Part shown: one piece after another, positions 50,331 to 63,242 of the stretch | How positions within the stretch are numbered: position 1 is the first letter of the stretch | Layout: each line of letters begins with the position of its first letter | Assembly: GCF_006345805.1 (NCBI RefSeq) | Contig: NC_042997.1 | Span: 146,072,001 to 146,136,000, forward strand | Source of the DNA: Octopus sinensis | Taxonomy: Eukaryota | Direction: 5' to 3' | Length of the DNA: 64,000 nucleotides | Notes under the pieces: generated by a model | The model's database searches: none | Seen by the model: only the letters and a program-made list of their open reading frames with translations | Told to the model about the DNA's origin: nothing | Position numbers and translations under genes: made by a program

Positions 50331-50628
50331 AATAAATAACATGTCACCACCAGCGATATACGAACTCACGACTTGAGTGGTTTGTGCTGAATACCTTATC
50401 CGTATGGCCATCAAGCTTTTGGTGTGACTTATAGTCCTACGACGAAAGCCATTCTTGCTCAAAGTTATTAAAATGACGATTATTTTGAGGATGGGTATAT
50501 CATACATTTTCGCACGCACACAAGTTTGTATGTATGTGTGTGCGCGTGTGTATGTACGTGCGCTATATGAATGTGTGTGGAAGTGAAGTGTGTGTACATG
50601 TGTGTGTGTGTGTGTGCGTGTGTGTGTT

Positions 50629-50693
<65 letters not shown>

Positions 50694-50785
50694 CACATTT
50701 TTTACTGTTCGGAAAAATCAGAAGCAGTAGTAGCAACTATATCCTGAAAGAGGCGCAACTAAGTTTCAAGTGGGTGAGAAGAAGA

Positions 50786-50881
50786 AAAACAAGGAGGAGG
50801 AGGAGGAGAAGAAGAAGATGAAGAAGAGAAGAAGAAGAAGAAGAAGAAGAAGAAGAAGAAGAAGAAGAAGAAGAAGAAGAA

Positions 50882-50925
<44 letters not shown>

Positions 50926-50937
50926 CGATGACGACGA
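50786..50937. repeat. Compound (GGA)(GAA)(GAT)(GAC) trinucleotide repeat
   Basis: Seen directly in the sequence. Confidence 0.97.
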
Positions 50938-51169
50938 CTATGGTCATTAAGATCCTGATAACTGACAATGCCCCCTTGTGTTAAGTAGTAGTTCAAGATA
51001 TATTGTATCGTATACTATAAATTATAAGGAAAGAAAGATGATAGAAATCTCGTGTCGAGCGGAAAGCAGAGAACGTTCGTTGACTGATGGGCCTTATGAC
51101 AATTAAATATATTATTATTGTTGTATTTATTTTGGGAATTATTAAACACGCTAATCTAATTTTGGACAG

Positions 51170-51585
51170 GGCGGCGAACTGTCAGAAACTTTAGCACGCC
51201 GGGCGAAATGCGTAGCCGTATTTCGTCTGGCATTACGTTCTGAGTTCAAATTCCGCCTAGGTCGACATTGCCTTTCATCATTTTGGGGTCGATAAATGAA
51301 ATATCAGTTACGCACTGGGGTCGATGTAATCGACTTAATCCCTTTGTCTGTCCTTGTTTGTCCCCTTTGTGTTTTTGTGGGTAGTAAAGCAATAGGTATT
51401 TTGTCTGCCGCTACGTTCTGAGTTCAAATTCCGCCGAGGCCGACTTTGCCTTTCATCCTTTCGGGGTCGATTAATTAAGTACCAGTTACGCACTGGGATC
51501 GGTATAGTCGACTTAATCTGTTTGTCTGTCCTTGTTTGTCCTCTCTGTGTTTAGCCTCCTTGTGGGCAATAAAGAAATATAATAT
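51170..51585 (+). mobile_element. SINE family A dimer
   Basis: Two units joined at GTAAAGCAATAGGTATTT. Confidence 0.88.
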
Positions 51586-51949
51586 AATTTTGGACTTCTG
51601 TCTGTCTATCTGTCCGTCTGTCTCTGTCTCTGCCTGTCTGTCTGTCTGTCTGTCTCTCTCTCCATCTATCTATCTATCTATCTTTCTTGCACTCTCTCTC
51701 CCACTCACTCTCCATTCTCCGTTTTCCTATTTATTTATTTATCTATTTATTTATTTATCGATTTATTTATTTATTTATTTATTCATTTATTTATTTTGCT
51801 TACTGTAGCACTCAGATTTTCAGGTTGGACAAAGTCTTATCACTCTGGAAAGGTATGCAACGGTCATGATCCACTCCATCTTACAAATATATACAAAATA
51901 TACATTGACATCTACTAACGTACATTAATATACACTTGCTTCTTTTGAA

Positions 51950-52180
51950 GGCGGCGAGCTGGCAGAAACGTTAGCACGCCGGGCAAAATGCGTAGCCGTA
52001 TTTCGTCTGCCGTTACGTTCTGAGTTCAAATTCCGCCGAGGTCGACTTTGCCTTTCCTCCTTTCGGAGTCGATAAATAAAGTACCAGTTTCGCACTGGGG
52101 TTGATGTAATCGACTTAATCCGTTTGTCTATCCTTGTTTGTCCCCTCTGTGTTTAGCCCCTTGTGAGTAGTAAAGAAATA
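51950..52180 (+). mobile_element. SINE family A abutting the exon 3 donor
   Basis: Full consensus; tail ends about 10 nt from the GT. Confidence 0.9.
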
Positions 52181-52191
52181 TATACACTTAC

Positions 52192-52286
52192 CTCTTTTGT
52201 ACACCAATAGCACTGCGGTGACGCTGTAATGCATTTCCTACATGATTCTTGATCCTCGCAAATGTGCTTAGAATCCTCGGTATCAC
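52192..52286 (-). CDS. ITGB: Exon 3, PSI domain (DTEDSKHICEDQESCRKCITASPQCYWCTKE)
   Basis: ttttgcag acceptor, GTAAGT donor, PSI cysteine pattern CxxC...CxWC. Confidence 0.95.
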
Positions 52287-52493
52287 CTGCAAAATTTAAC
52301 AACAAAATATATTCATATATCACTATGTGGTTTAAAAAGTTCACTTTTTAACAATCTACTTCTGTGTTCAATTCCATTGCCCAGTACACTGTGTCTATCA
52401 GAACCTTACAAGCGAAATTTCGTTGAGGAAAATTGGGCGGAGGCAACATGAGATTTCTACACACACACACACACAACACACACACACATATCC

Positions 52494-52549
<56 letters not shown>

Positions 52550-52650
52550 TATATATCTGTGCATATTTTAAGGGTAAAGATGGTATCTACAAAGGTTCTC
52601 ACTGATGCACAAGTCTGTTTATGAAATACCAGTAGTTGTCCATGCATACC

Positions 52651-52880
52651 TATTTCTTTATTACCCACAAGGGGCTAAACACAGAGGGGACAAACAAGGA
52701 CAGACATAGGTATTAAGTCGATTACATCGACCCCAGTGCGTAACTGGTACTTAATTTATCGACCCCGAAAGGATGAAAGGCAAAGTCGACCTCGGCGGAA
52801 TTTGAACTCACAATGTAACGCAGACGAAATACCGCTAAGCATTTCGCCCGGCGTGCTAACGTTTCTGCCAGCTCTCCGCC
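52651..52880 (-). mobile_element. SINE family A
   Basis: Full consensus, inverted relative to 51950-52180. Confidence 0.9.
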
Positions 52881-53199
52881 ATGCATACCATCTCTCCCCT
52901 CTCTACGCAACTGATGTTATCCAAGAGAAAGCAAGAGACCCCTACAGCTTGGCACCAGTGGTAACGCAAATCATTTCTACACCTGACTGAACTGGAGCAA
53001 CATGAAATAAGGTGTTTTGCTCAAGAACACAACACATAGTCCTGTCCAGGAATCGAACTCACTACTTCATGACTATAAGCTCGACGCTATAACCATGGAG
53101 CCATGCTCCTTCACACACACATACACACACGCGCACTCATTATATATATATATATATACATACATACATAAAAAAATATATATGCACATATGTTAATAA

Positions 53200-53790
53200 C
53201 AGATGGAAGGAGGTGCTTTTTCCACTCATCCAAGTGAATGCAGCTTTGGTCAGGATGAACTGATGTCATAAGACGGTATCGAACGTTCATCGGTGTCTCG
53301 ATTCTAAGAGTAACACCCTCCCTTTGATAGGCCAGAAGTGGTGGCCAAATCACTGCTCTTCATCTTGTGGCTTCCATCATAACTCTCCTCGCTCCTTCCA
53401 AAGCCAACAAGAGGTTCTTTCCGCACAGCCACCCTTCGCTTCTCTCTCCTCATTCCCATGGTTGTAAGCATTCACCATGCCGACTGGGTAAGGAGCCCCC
53501 ATACAACCAGCCACGACTGGGAAAAGCCATAACTGTCATCCTTTCTCCCTGCAATCCTGCAGAAGGCTCTCACACTTGGTACGCTTCAGTTCGTGGGTAA
53601 GCTCACACCCTTCTTCCCACGCCACCTTAAGTTCAATGAATATCATTTTCTTGATATTTTCAGATCACAGAATCCCATCTGGTTTCAGGGTCATATGGAC
53701 GACCTGAGGGAAACTACAGTCTGTCCCGCAGGTTCACATTCATATCCTAAGATTGGGATCCATGCAGCAAGCTATTAGTTGTCTTTTGCT
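53200..53790 (-). mobile_element. HERO-like RLE non-LTR retrotransposon 3' relic
   Basis: Broken frame reads TLKPDGIL...IFIELKVAWEEG...HELKRTK..L...CREKG..LWLFPV..GC, matching the PD-x-ELTVPWE-RK-KY-GW-PVEVGCRG pattern. Confidence 0.7.
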
Positions 53791-53799
53791 CTCAATACT

Positions 53800-53869
<70 letters not shown>

Positions 53870-54145
53870 AATTGTTGCTGTTGTTTTTTCCCGATGATGA
53901 TGTTTCTTGAGCCTTTTCTGCTCCAGGGTGTGAGCGTGTGTTGCAAGTACCCTATCATTGTGTTACTAATATCTGCATTGAGAAAGTTTTATTCTGCACT
54001 CTTACAAGATGTCACACACACACATACACACGAGTGAGCGGGCAAACGAAAGAAGAGCACTCAACACAGGTAATGTGAATTACATGTATGAATCGAAGCT
54101 GTTTAATCCATATATATATATAATCACACACACACGCACACAAAA

Positions 54146-54176
<31 letters not shown>

Positions 54177-54892
54177 CAAACACACACACACGCACACAAA
54201 CACACACACACACACACACACAAACACACATACACACACACACAAATATACACGAGGAGGGTACCCAAAAGGAACCAGAATTTTACCGGAATTTTATTCA
54301 CTTAATTTTATTCACTTTGTTACGTTTACATATGTTCGTTTAATTTGAAAATCTTATGAATGGGAAGTCCAACATTTGAAAATAGTCTCAGTAGTTATTG
54401 ATTTCAAATGTTGGCACAAGGCCAGCAATTTCGAAAGTAGCGTAAGTTGATTACAACGACCCCAGTGTTCAACTGGTACTTATTTTATCCCCCCTCCCCG
54501 AAAGTAGGAAAGGCAAAGCCGACCCCGGCGGCATCTGAACTCAGAACGTGAAGCCAGAAGGAATGTCGCTAAGTCTTTTTCCCGGTGCAGTAACGATTCT
54601 GTTAGCTCACCACCTTAGCTAATGTAGTTATTTGAAAGAGTAACTGGAAAACGTTTTCAGATGAGTGCTTTATTTTATGAAGTGAAAATCATGATCGACC
54701 GAATGCAGTAAACGATTTCATTGAGAGTATAAACGCTCGCTTCTAGTTTTCTATCGAGTACAGCGACCTAGACTTTTTTCTCGGATACATAAGAGATTAA
54801 AAGGGACTAGAAATTAAAAACTAAAACTTATATACATTATTTATTTACAGGCTTGTGAAAATACCACTTTTATATTGTCCTTCGAAGCATAC

Positions 54893-54951
54893 CCAAGTTA
54901 AAATTCCACACAGCGAAGAGACTGTGCACAATAATTTTGAATCCGTCAACA
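54893..54951 (-). CDS. ITGB: Candidate exon 2, signal-peptide core (N-VDGFKIIVHSLFAVWNFNL-G)
   Basis: Long pyrimidine tract ending ttcag, donor GG|GTATGC; ends in phase 1 as the PSI exon requires; moderately hydrophobic. Confidence 0.5.
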
Positions 54952-55162
54952 CTGAATTATAGACAAGATAAAATAAAGGAAATACTTATCAATAGAAAAT
55001 ATTCCTTGGATTTAATCAATAACCACATTAAAACAGCGAAGTAAACTGTAATTGGGAAACTTCATAAAAGATAATGCGATTGTGAAGAAAATATATTAGC
55101 ATTTCTCTGTATTTTTAATCCAAAGAATATCAAAGTCTTTGTAAGCGTTCATAGAAGCCTAC

Positions 55163-55185
55163 TTAAAAGTCGCGAAAAGTTTCAT
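55163..55185 (-). CDS. ITGB: Candidate integrin beta coding exon 1 (MKLFATF, ends phase 2)
   Basis: ATG in frame and AA|GTAGGC donor; phase fits the next candidate exon. No homology support. Confidence 0.35.
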
Positions 55186-55899
55186 CCAATCGTTAAAAGA
55201 CAAATGCAAACTAGAAAAAGACGGGCTATGTAGTATCACGCACTAATAGAGTATTTATTTATTAATTAGTAAATTCTGAATTTGATTTCAAGTAAGGATT
55301 TAATCTAAAAATGAAAAATGACTTTTCATGCTACTTAAACATTTAATCTTTTATTCATTATCTATTCCAATCATTGGACTGCAGCCATGCTGGGGCACCA
55401 ACTTGAAGGGTTTTAAGTCTAACAAATTAGCCTTAGTACTTATGCTCCGTGAAGTTTTTTGGTAAAAATTTACTCATAAAGCATTTAACGTCCCGGGACT
55501 ATAGTAGAAGAGACTAACCCAAGGTGCAGCACAGTAGGATTCAACCAGAAACCATGCAGTTGCAAAGTAATATTTTGACAACAGAGGCATACCTGTATAT
55601 ATTTTAACATGCAAATATTTGCTGAAAACGTAATATTATTCAAATAAATACTGCACTTTGCGCTTGAATGATCTTACAAATTAGTGAGTTGTACGTAAGA
55701 ATCAACATATAAATAACTTTGAGGGACAAAACTTTCAGAATTAAAGATATTATGCCTTTCTACCAGTGAGACGATTCACCAACAGATTAACAAAAAGTAC
55801 AGATTGCAAAGAATCATCGGCCAAAGTGAAACGCTTAATTGACCAGAATTCATAACTTATTGATAGTTCGTATCTGAATACAACCACGTCTTGGGAAGT

Positions 55900-56720
55900 T
55901 GTAATTTCTTTTTACGGTTACCATCGAAACTAGCAAACAGAGAACAAGGACCGATAGCTGTCAGGATTGCTGGCGAATTTCCGAATAAGTTTCATTGAGA
56001 CCATCATATCTTGATCTTTCCTGATAAACAGGTGAGCAATGCTGTCCCCGCTAACAGTTCCTACCGAATCCCTATAACACGATTGTTTCAAAAAGAGGTG
56101 AATAATATCCCAAGCCACTTTCGTACAAGTTTGCTGCTACATACTTCCAGTTGGTCAAACTTGTATCTTCCAGTACAGCCAATCACCGCTGGACCTTTTA
56201 AAGTTTTTATTTTCAAAAGGCCTTCCAGCGCAGAAATTGATTCTTGTCTATAGATCCAGCAAAGAACTATATTCTCTCTATCTTCACATTCAACAGCTTT
56301 CTTCCTGGGGGGAACAGAAATTGATCGATCCTCAGGTTTTACCACAGATTCTTCTTCTAGACAGCTTTTTAAACAAAATAGAAGTTCTCACTAGTTCACC
56401 ATTAAAAATGTATTTCTACGTTCGCGTACAGTTGCTAGATAGTCGTGAACTGCAAGTTGGTTGGGATCATCCGTTCTTATGACATTATTTAGTTGGGTTT
56501 CTAATAACTTTACATAACAGGAAAACGTGTCGGGGAATTGGTTTTGTCACCGATGATGCTATTTTGCAACTGGTTGTATCGAATCACATGTCATCAGTAC
56601 CACCAGTGAACGACATAGCTCAAGGTCACGTGAATACCAACAGGACTTAATCCATGGGAAACATCTATGGTCATGTCGAATTTACATAAAACTGTAATGT
56701 CTTCTCCGACATTTTATCTC
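55900..56720 (-). mobile_element. Degenerate RLE-clade LINE RT/thumb relic
   Basis: LEVCSSKLVRKWLG motif and fragmented RT-like frames. Confidence 0.45.
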
Positions 56721-56784
56721 TATTTTGCTGTGATTTGAGTCAATATCAACTTTATATTTGTGTGCACGTGTTTGCGCGTGTGTA

Positions 56785-56843
<59 letters not shown>

Positions 56844-57042
56844 TAGATACGTACGTACGTACGTATAAATAAAAATATACATACAGTTATAAACACATTC
56901 ATACACACATACGCGTGTGCGTATATATATATATATATATACGCATATATATATATGCATATATATATACGTATATAAATACAAACATATATACATATAT
57001 ACATACATATATACATACATACTTACATACATATATATATAC

Positions 57043-57087
<45 letters not shown>

Positions 57088-57169
57088 ATTATATATATAT
57101 ATATATATATTTATACTTTGAGCTTTTACACATATACATGCGTAGATATTCAAGGTATATTACTACCAA

Positions 57170-58400
57170 CTTAGAAAACATTCCAAAGGAAACGTTGAAG
57201 TGTTAACAACGAATTTCTGTTAGATAAATAAATATAGATAAATATAATTTCCAAGATGGCAGAAAAAGTCATGCAAATATTGAAATTATATGAATTGCTT
57301 ATAAAAAGGATTGTGCCATGATTCCAAGTTAATAAAATTCCTTTACGCTGTGGAGAATACTGAGGTTAAGAAAATCGTTTTTAAAGGTTATGAGAATATG
57401 GAAAATAAATTTGAGCTATTCTGAAAAAGTTAAAAGTTATAGATCAACGAAGGATCTCTCAGAGTGATTGCTTATCTTCTTCGCTTTTGCAATGTATATT
57501 ATACTTTAAGGAGTTCAACAAAGGACGTTAAGAAATTAAAGACCAGCATCGTAAAGTAAATAGCTTACCTTTAAGGGATAAATTGAAACTGTTCATAAAG
57601 AATGAACATCAAATGGATGTTTTAGTAGAAACACGACTTGGATTTAGAGAAAATATTAAAACAGGAGGTGGGATTTAATAGCGTAAAGTTTTAATAATAA
57701 ATATAAGATGAAAGCTGGTTGAATATAACGGATAGATTTACGAGGTAAAAATAATAATAAACAGGGCAGATACAGAAGTTTATAAATACTTAACTGATCT
57801 AAAAGAGATAAGCGAAACTTAATATGTCGGAATATTTGGTATAGGATTGCTTCAGAAAGTTAAAGCCAGTACTTACTTGCTATTAACGTATGATCCTTAT
57901 GTATTGTAAGGTATAGGATAAACATGGGGAAATGGAATAAAGATAGGTTCAGCTTACGTAATAACACTCGAAAAGCAATGGTGATATATTAAATATATCA
58001 CTGTTCAAGTCCGAAAACGATATTAAAATCTACATAGCTCTTAAAATAAGAAGAAACAGAATTAATTATACGTGAAGGATATATACAAAGCAAAAAGGGG
58101 GAAAAAAAGGGTTACCCTGGTATATACGTAATGCTATAGAACCACTGTTAGAAAAGATTCGGAAAGCTATAATAGTTAAAGCTTACGAATTTATGGTATC
58201 CTGTTAACTCAAGAGGAGAGATCTTTAAAAATCAGAATACACTTGGCAAGCAAACATGTGTGAACGGTTCGATAGGGCAGCGGAAGAATGTGTAGAGAGG
58301 AATGAAAAACCTAGACATAAATCCTGAGAATAAAGCAATGTTCTTCAGAGCAGAAGACAGGCTCTAAGAACACTTCCAATCACATGAAATTTCATTAACA
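57170..58400 (+). mobile_element. Highly degenerate LINE RT relic
   Basis: ISQSDCLSSSLL near 57455-57490 resembles the QGDxLSP RT motif; many stops. Confidence 0.35.
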
Positions 58401-58900
58401 CAAAACTTCTATGTAGAATGGTTTTTATTTTGGTGTTTTTGGTGTTTCTGTTTTGTTGTTGCTTAGCTTTCAGATCGCGAAAAAGCGAGCCTACCTAATG
58501 ATCAAAATCATTCCAGCCGTGATCGTTCTTTTCTCTGTACATCCAGGATTGTTTTATCGCCCCCCCCCCCAAAAAAGACAAAAATACGGTACAAACACTA
58601 TTATTTAAAGGAAATTTAGCACACATTTCTAGTAAGTCGAGTTTCCACATAATGGCTCCCTGGTTGACTTAGTGAAAGGAGATTTGCTAAGTGGATGTTG
58701 TAAATTATTTCAGAGGGAATATAAGAAAATGAATAATGAGGTATTGTCAACTTGGAATTCAATGGAAAGCATGGGCCAGAAAGGAAAGAAAGATAGGAAC
58801 AGCAGCAGCCCACTATGGTAGAACATAAGGGCATACAATCCTACGTTATCCAATGCTACGTTAAGACGAAGAGTAAGAGATTTATTGTTTCCGTAATATA

Positions 58901-60477
58901 TCAGGCCATACCATAAGTAATGTTCGAAATATCATATATGCTATTTCTATCGAATTATACAGTATTCTAAAATGTGACATTGATTGATAATCAAACGAAT
59001 TTGGAAACATTTAACTTAATATGATTTCATTTAACAGAATGATTTGACTAAATTAATTACTAATATTAACCCCTCAAAGATGGATATATCGAAGGAGCAT
59101 TTAGGGCACATAATGCTTCATGAGTTCACAAAGGGGAGAAGTGCAGCAGAAGCAACCGGTAATATCCATTTTGTTTATGGGGAAGAATGCTTGAACGAAA
59201 GAATTTGCAGAAGGTAGTTTGTAAAGATCATAAATTGTGATTTCAGCCTAAGAGTGAGGCCACAAATAGAACGCCCTATTTGAATTTGATGATGTGCTTC
59301 TTTTGCCAGCGCCTGAGAAGGATAATGCTGTGTAAGTTGAAAAATTGGCAACCAAGCTCAATTTAAGTCATTCAATTGTTCACCGTCATCTTCAACATCT
59401 TGGCAAGGTGCCCAAAGTCGGAAAATGGGTTCCCTATGATTTGACATAAGCCAACCGAAAATCACGAATGGATATCTGCTCATCTCTTTACTCTCGTGAA
59501 CGTACCTCACCATTTGTGGACAGATTAGTAAGTGGTGAAGAAAAATTATATTTTATGAAAATGTAAAATGATGCAGGCAATGGCAGCATTTCAACCCAGA
59601 ATGTAAAGACAGATGAAATACCTCTAAGCATTTTGCCCAGCATACTAATGATTCTGCCATCTCACCGCCTAAACCCTTTAGCGTTTAAACCCACCATATC
59701 TGGTCCAATTATTCTTTCTGTTTTATGTTTAAACTGGCCAGATCCAGTCTCTCATACATAACCTACAATGTCATTCTAAAAATAAACAATCGCTTCATTG
59801 AAATCTCAAAGCTACAAGCTAATGCATAATTAATTCAAAGCAATGTGAATAAATAAACGTAACATTTCATAGAGTAAGCGGAATGCTAAAGGGTTAGAAC
59901 AGGCTAAACTACAACCCCAAAAGGCCACCATGCAAAAAAAGGCTTTTCTCTCTGATGGGATTGCATTGGAGTCATCCACTTTGAGTTGCTGCCAACTAGT
60001 GGAACAATTACTAGTCACACCTGTTACTAACAATTAGCATGTTTGGACACTGCTTTGAAGATGAATGGCCTGCTTCGGCGAATCATGTGGGAGTGGTGGT
60101 TCATCTTTATAATGCAAGGCGCCACACTGCGAAGTTTACATTAGAAAAAATCAAAGAACTTGGCTGGTAAAAAATCCGTCCCCCAACTTATTCTCCAGAC
60201 CACGCTCCTTCTCATTACCATTTGTTTAGAAGCTTACTGAATCATTTAGATGGATTAGTACTCTGAATCCCCAAAGAGGTCGAAACTGACCCCTCCTTTC
60301 TTCTCATCAAAACCAAAAGAGATTTTTACAAAGTCAATTTTAAGGAACTGATGAGTAGATGGAAGGAAGTCATAGATAATGATGAGAATTATATACAGAA
60401 TTAAATTTTGATAAAATGTAAAATTAGATCACTATTTTCGTACTCAAAATTCAGACATTACTTATGGGATGACCTAA
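58901..60477 (+). mobile_element. Near full-length mariner relic with nested SINE A and MITE
   Basis: TIRs T(C/T)AGG.CAT.CCATAAGTAATGT, TA-flanked; transposase remnants MDISKEHLGHIMLHEF, WVPYDLT, SGEEK and YSPDHAPSHYHLF. Confidence 0.88.
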
Positions 60478-60819
60478 TATAAGAGACTGTGAAACTGGTC
60501 TTAATGAGCGAGAAATTTGAAGAAGTTTCAGGACTTCAAGTGAAAGATTGAAAATATTACTAATAATACTGAATATTACTAATGATATCAACTGACGAAA
60601 ATGTTTAATTTAAAACAAATCATTTACATGATACTCCTAATCAAAATTTTTATGAATAGAACTAACCTAGTGAAATCATAACTCCAGCTAATTGAGTCAA
60701 TGAGTCTCTGAAGCTTGTCAGTACTGAGTCGATGGAGTCACCGGTGCTTTGTCAGTACTGTGCTTGAAGTGTACGTGTGCGATTTTGTGCTAAGTTCACA
60801 TATTCCATTCGCCTTCTTA

Positions 60820-61008
60820 ATGCCAAGAAACTGTATAAACATCGCAAACAACATTTGCTATATTTGCTGTGACTTAACATTCAAATCACAAAGACAGCGT
60901 ATCACGATATTGATTAAAAAGTGCTACGTGTATTATTTTGATTGCAAAGTGGGTGACCAGAATAAAAGCTGGGCCGGATATAATGAATCTTGTGGTGTGA
61001 AAAATTAA
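60820..61008 (+). mobile_element. Chapaev3-like (CMC) transposase N-terminal relic
   Basis: MPRNCINIANNICYICC...KKCYVYYFDCKVGDQNKSWA resembles the C-x7-CYICG...YF..K+GDQDK.WAPH pattern; superfamily assigned from memory. Confidence 0.5.
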
Positions 61009-61978
61009 CACATAACAACGTGGGGCACAGACGTGGGTGAAGTGAAACACAACACAGCGTGCGGTTGTCATGATAACAAGCTGTTCATGCCTCAAATAAC
61101 ATCAGATTCTTTAATTTATGAAATAAAATGATTTGGTTGATCGTTATGAAAATTCAGAGTTGCATCGATACACCAAAATTGAAAGCAATCTGAGCAAAAT
61201 TAAAGGGGACTGATTTTGTGAATCAGTTTAACTAGATCCGAAGCACTGGGGTCGATATAACTAACCCCCGAAATTGTCGGCCTGTACCAAAATTTTAAAC
61301 CAATATTACTACATTAATAGAATATAAACAGCAAAAATGTTGGTTACGAAGAAAAGTGAACCTACTCATATAGAAATATCAAAACCCCTAAGTGACATGG
61401 AAAGCAAACATACAGCAAAAAAAGAAAACCCACAGAAAAGGAAACATCACTTGTGAATTTGATCGATAACGAACTGCTACAACTAAAAAAAATGTGAGGC
61501 GACAAAGAGCACAGAAATATAATAGCATAGGAAAAAGTATTCAGAATAAGAGAACACTTGAAACAAATGATCTTTAAATTGCATGGTAAGCGACAACAAT
61601 TCTTTGAACAAAACATCCCCAGCACAAACATAAAATTTTGAAGTATCGAAAACTAAATGAAAATAAAATACAAAAAAACCACTGCAACACCAACGAAAAT
61701 CTTATCTTTTTCAGTCACTAGACAACGACCATGCTGTGACATCGACTTGTAGGGTTTAGAGGAACAGATCGACTCCTGCAGTTATAGTTTTGAGTCTGGT
61801 GCTTTATTCTATTGTTTGTTTTGACCGAACCGCTAAGTTACGGAGGCGTAAGCAAACCAACACGAGTTGTCGAACGGCTGGGGAGAAGGACAAACACAAA
61901 TGGAAAAATATCTAAACACACACACACAAACGCACGCACACACACACACAAAAACGCACGCACACACACACACACATA

Positions 61979-62037
<59 letters not shown>

Positions 62038-62375
62038 TTATATATTTATAGATGAAGCTGACTATGACGACGAGGAGAGATTTGCCACCAACTTCAATGA
62101 CAATAATGAGCTGATTTCCGAAAGCTTTTGTATTTTGCCTTTCTTTTCCTTTTTTACAAAATAATAAATAATAACATTTGTTGAATCCGGAACAAGGCCC
62201 ACACCTTATATAAATAACTAAAATTGTCCATTCACATCTGTGATAAAATGATATGTGTTTTTTCGTCAAGTACATAAAACAATGTGATCTTTTCAGATAA
62301 GTCCAGCAACAAGTTTATAGTATCTAATTGAGCAGCGAAGGTTAGATAACGTTTTAAAATTTCAATGTATACAAT

Positions 62376-62730
62376 AGGTGTAAGTGTGGATGTGTGGTAA
62401 GAAATTTGCTTCCCAGCTACATGATTTCAGGTTCAGTCCCACTAAGTATTTTCAACTATAACCTCAGCCCGACCAAAGTCTTGAGAGTAGATTTGGTAGA
62501 GAAAAACTGCAAGAATCCTGTTATATATATATGTGTGTATGCGTGGTGTGTGTGTGTGTGTGTTTGTGTTTGTTCCCCACCACCGCTTGACAATCGATGT
62601 TGGTGTGTTTACGCCCCCGTAACCTAGCGATACAATATGCACCGGGTTTTAAAAACATAATTCCTGGGAGCGATTTTGTTCCACCAAAACCCTTCAAAGC
62701 AGTTCCTAAGCTGGCTGCAGTCAAATGACT
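62376..62730 (+). mobile_element. SINE family B (diverged)
   Basis: Head, body and tail recognisable; other partial B copies at about 12612-12752, 46050-46350, 47130-47235, 55365-55590, 61705-61900 and 63325-63430. Confidence 0.8.
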
Positions 62731-62984
62731 TAGGATACACGCTATGCTAAAGTTTAGAGTTTATTCTTTTTCTCTGTCCAGCATCACACGAACATACAAA
62801 CTAGCAGGGTCACACACAGGACGACCAGCAAACTAGTTCTCAATTACAATCAGGATGTAAAGGCAGTATCATCCGCCACTTCAACAACCTTTTTGTAGAT
62901 TGTCGTGATACTCAAATACTGCGTTTTAAAATACTTCAGTATATCCGCAGTATTTGCGTTGTGTTTTAGTACAATGGAATTTGA

Positions 62985-63242
62985 ACTCAGAATGTAAATT
63001 TGGAAGAAATACCTATTTCTTTACTACCCACGAGGGACTAAACTCAGAGAGGACAAACAAGGACAGACAAACGGATTAAGTCGATCATATCGACTGCGTA
63101 ACTGGTACTTATTTAATTGACCCCGGAAGGATGACAGGCAAAGTCGACCTGGGCGGAATCTGAACTCAGAACGTAGCGGCAGACGAAATACTGCTAAGCA
63201 TTTCGCCTGGCGTGCTAACAGTTCTGCCAGTACGCCGCCTTG
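62985..63242 (-). mobile_element. SINE family A with start of a second unit
   Basis: Full unit plus the AAATAGGTATTT dimer junction at about 63005-63020. Confidence 0.85.

Noticed and set aside
57569-57925. Two ATG...GTAAG candidates for a first coding exon (57569-57596, 57877-57925)
   Set aside because: The peptides lack a hydrophobic core and lie within a LINE-like relic; 54893-54951 is a better candidate.
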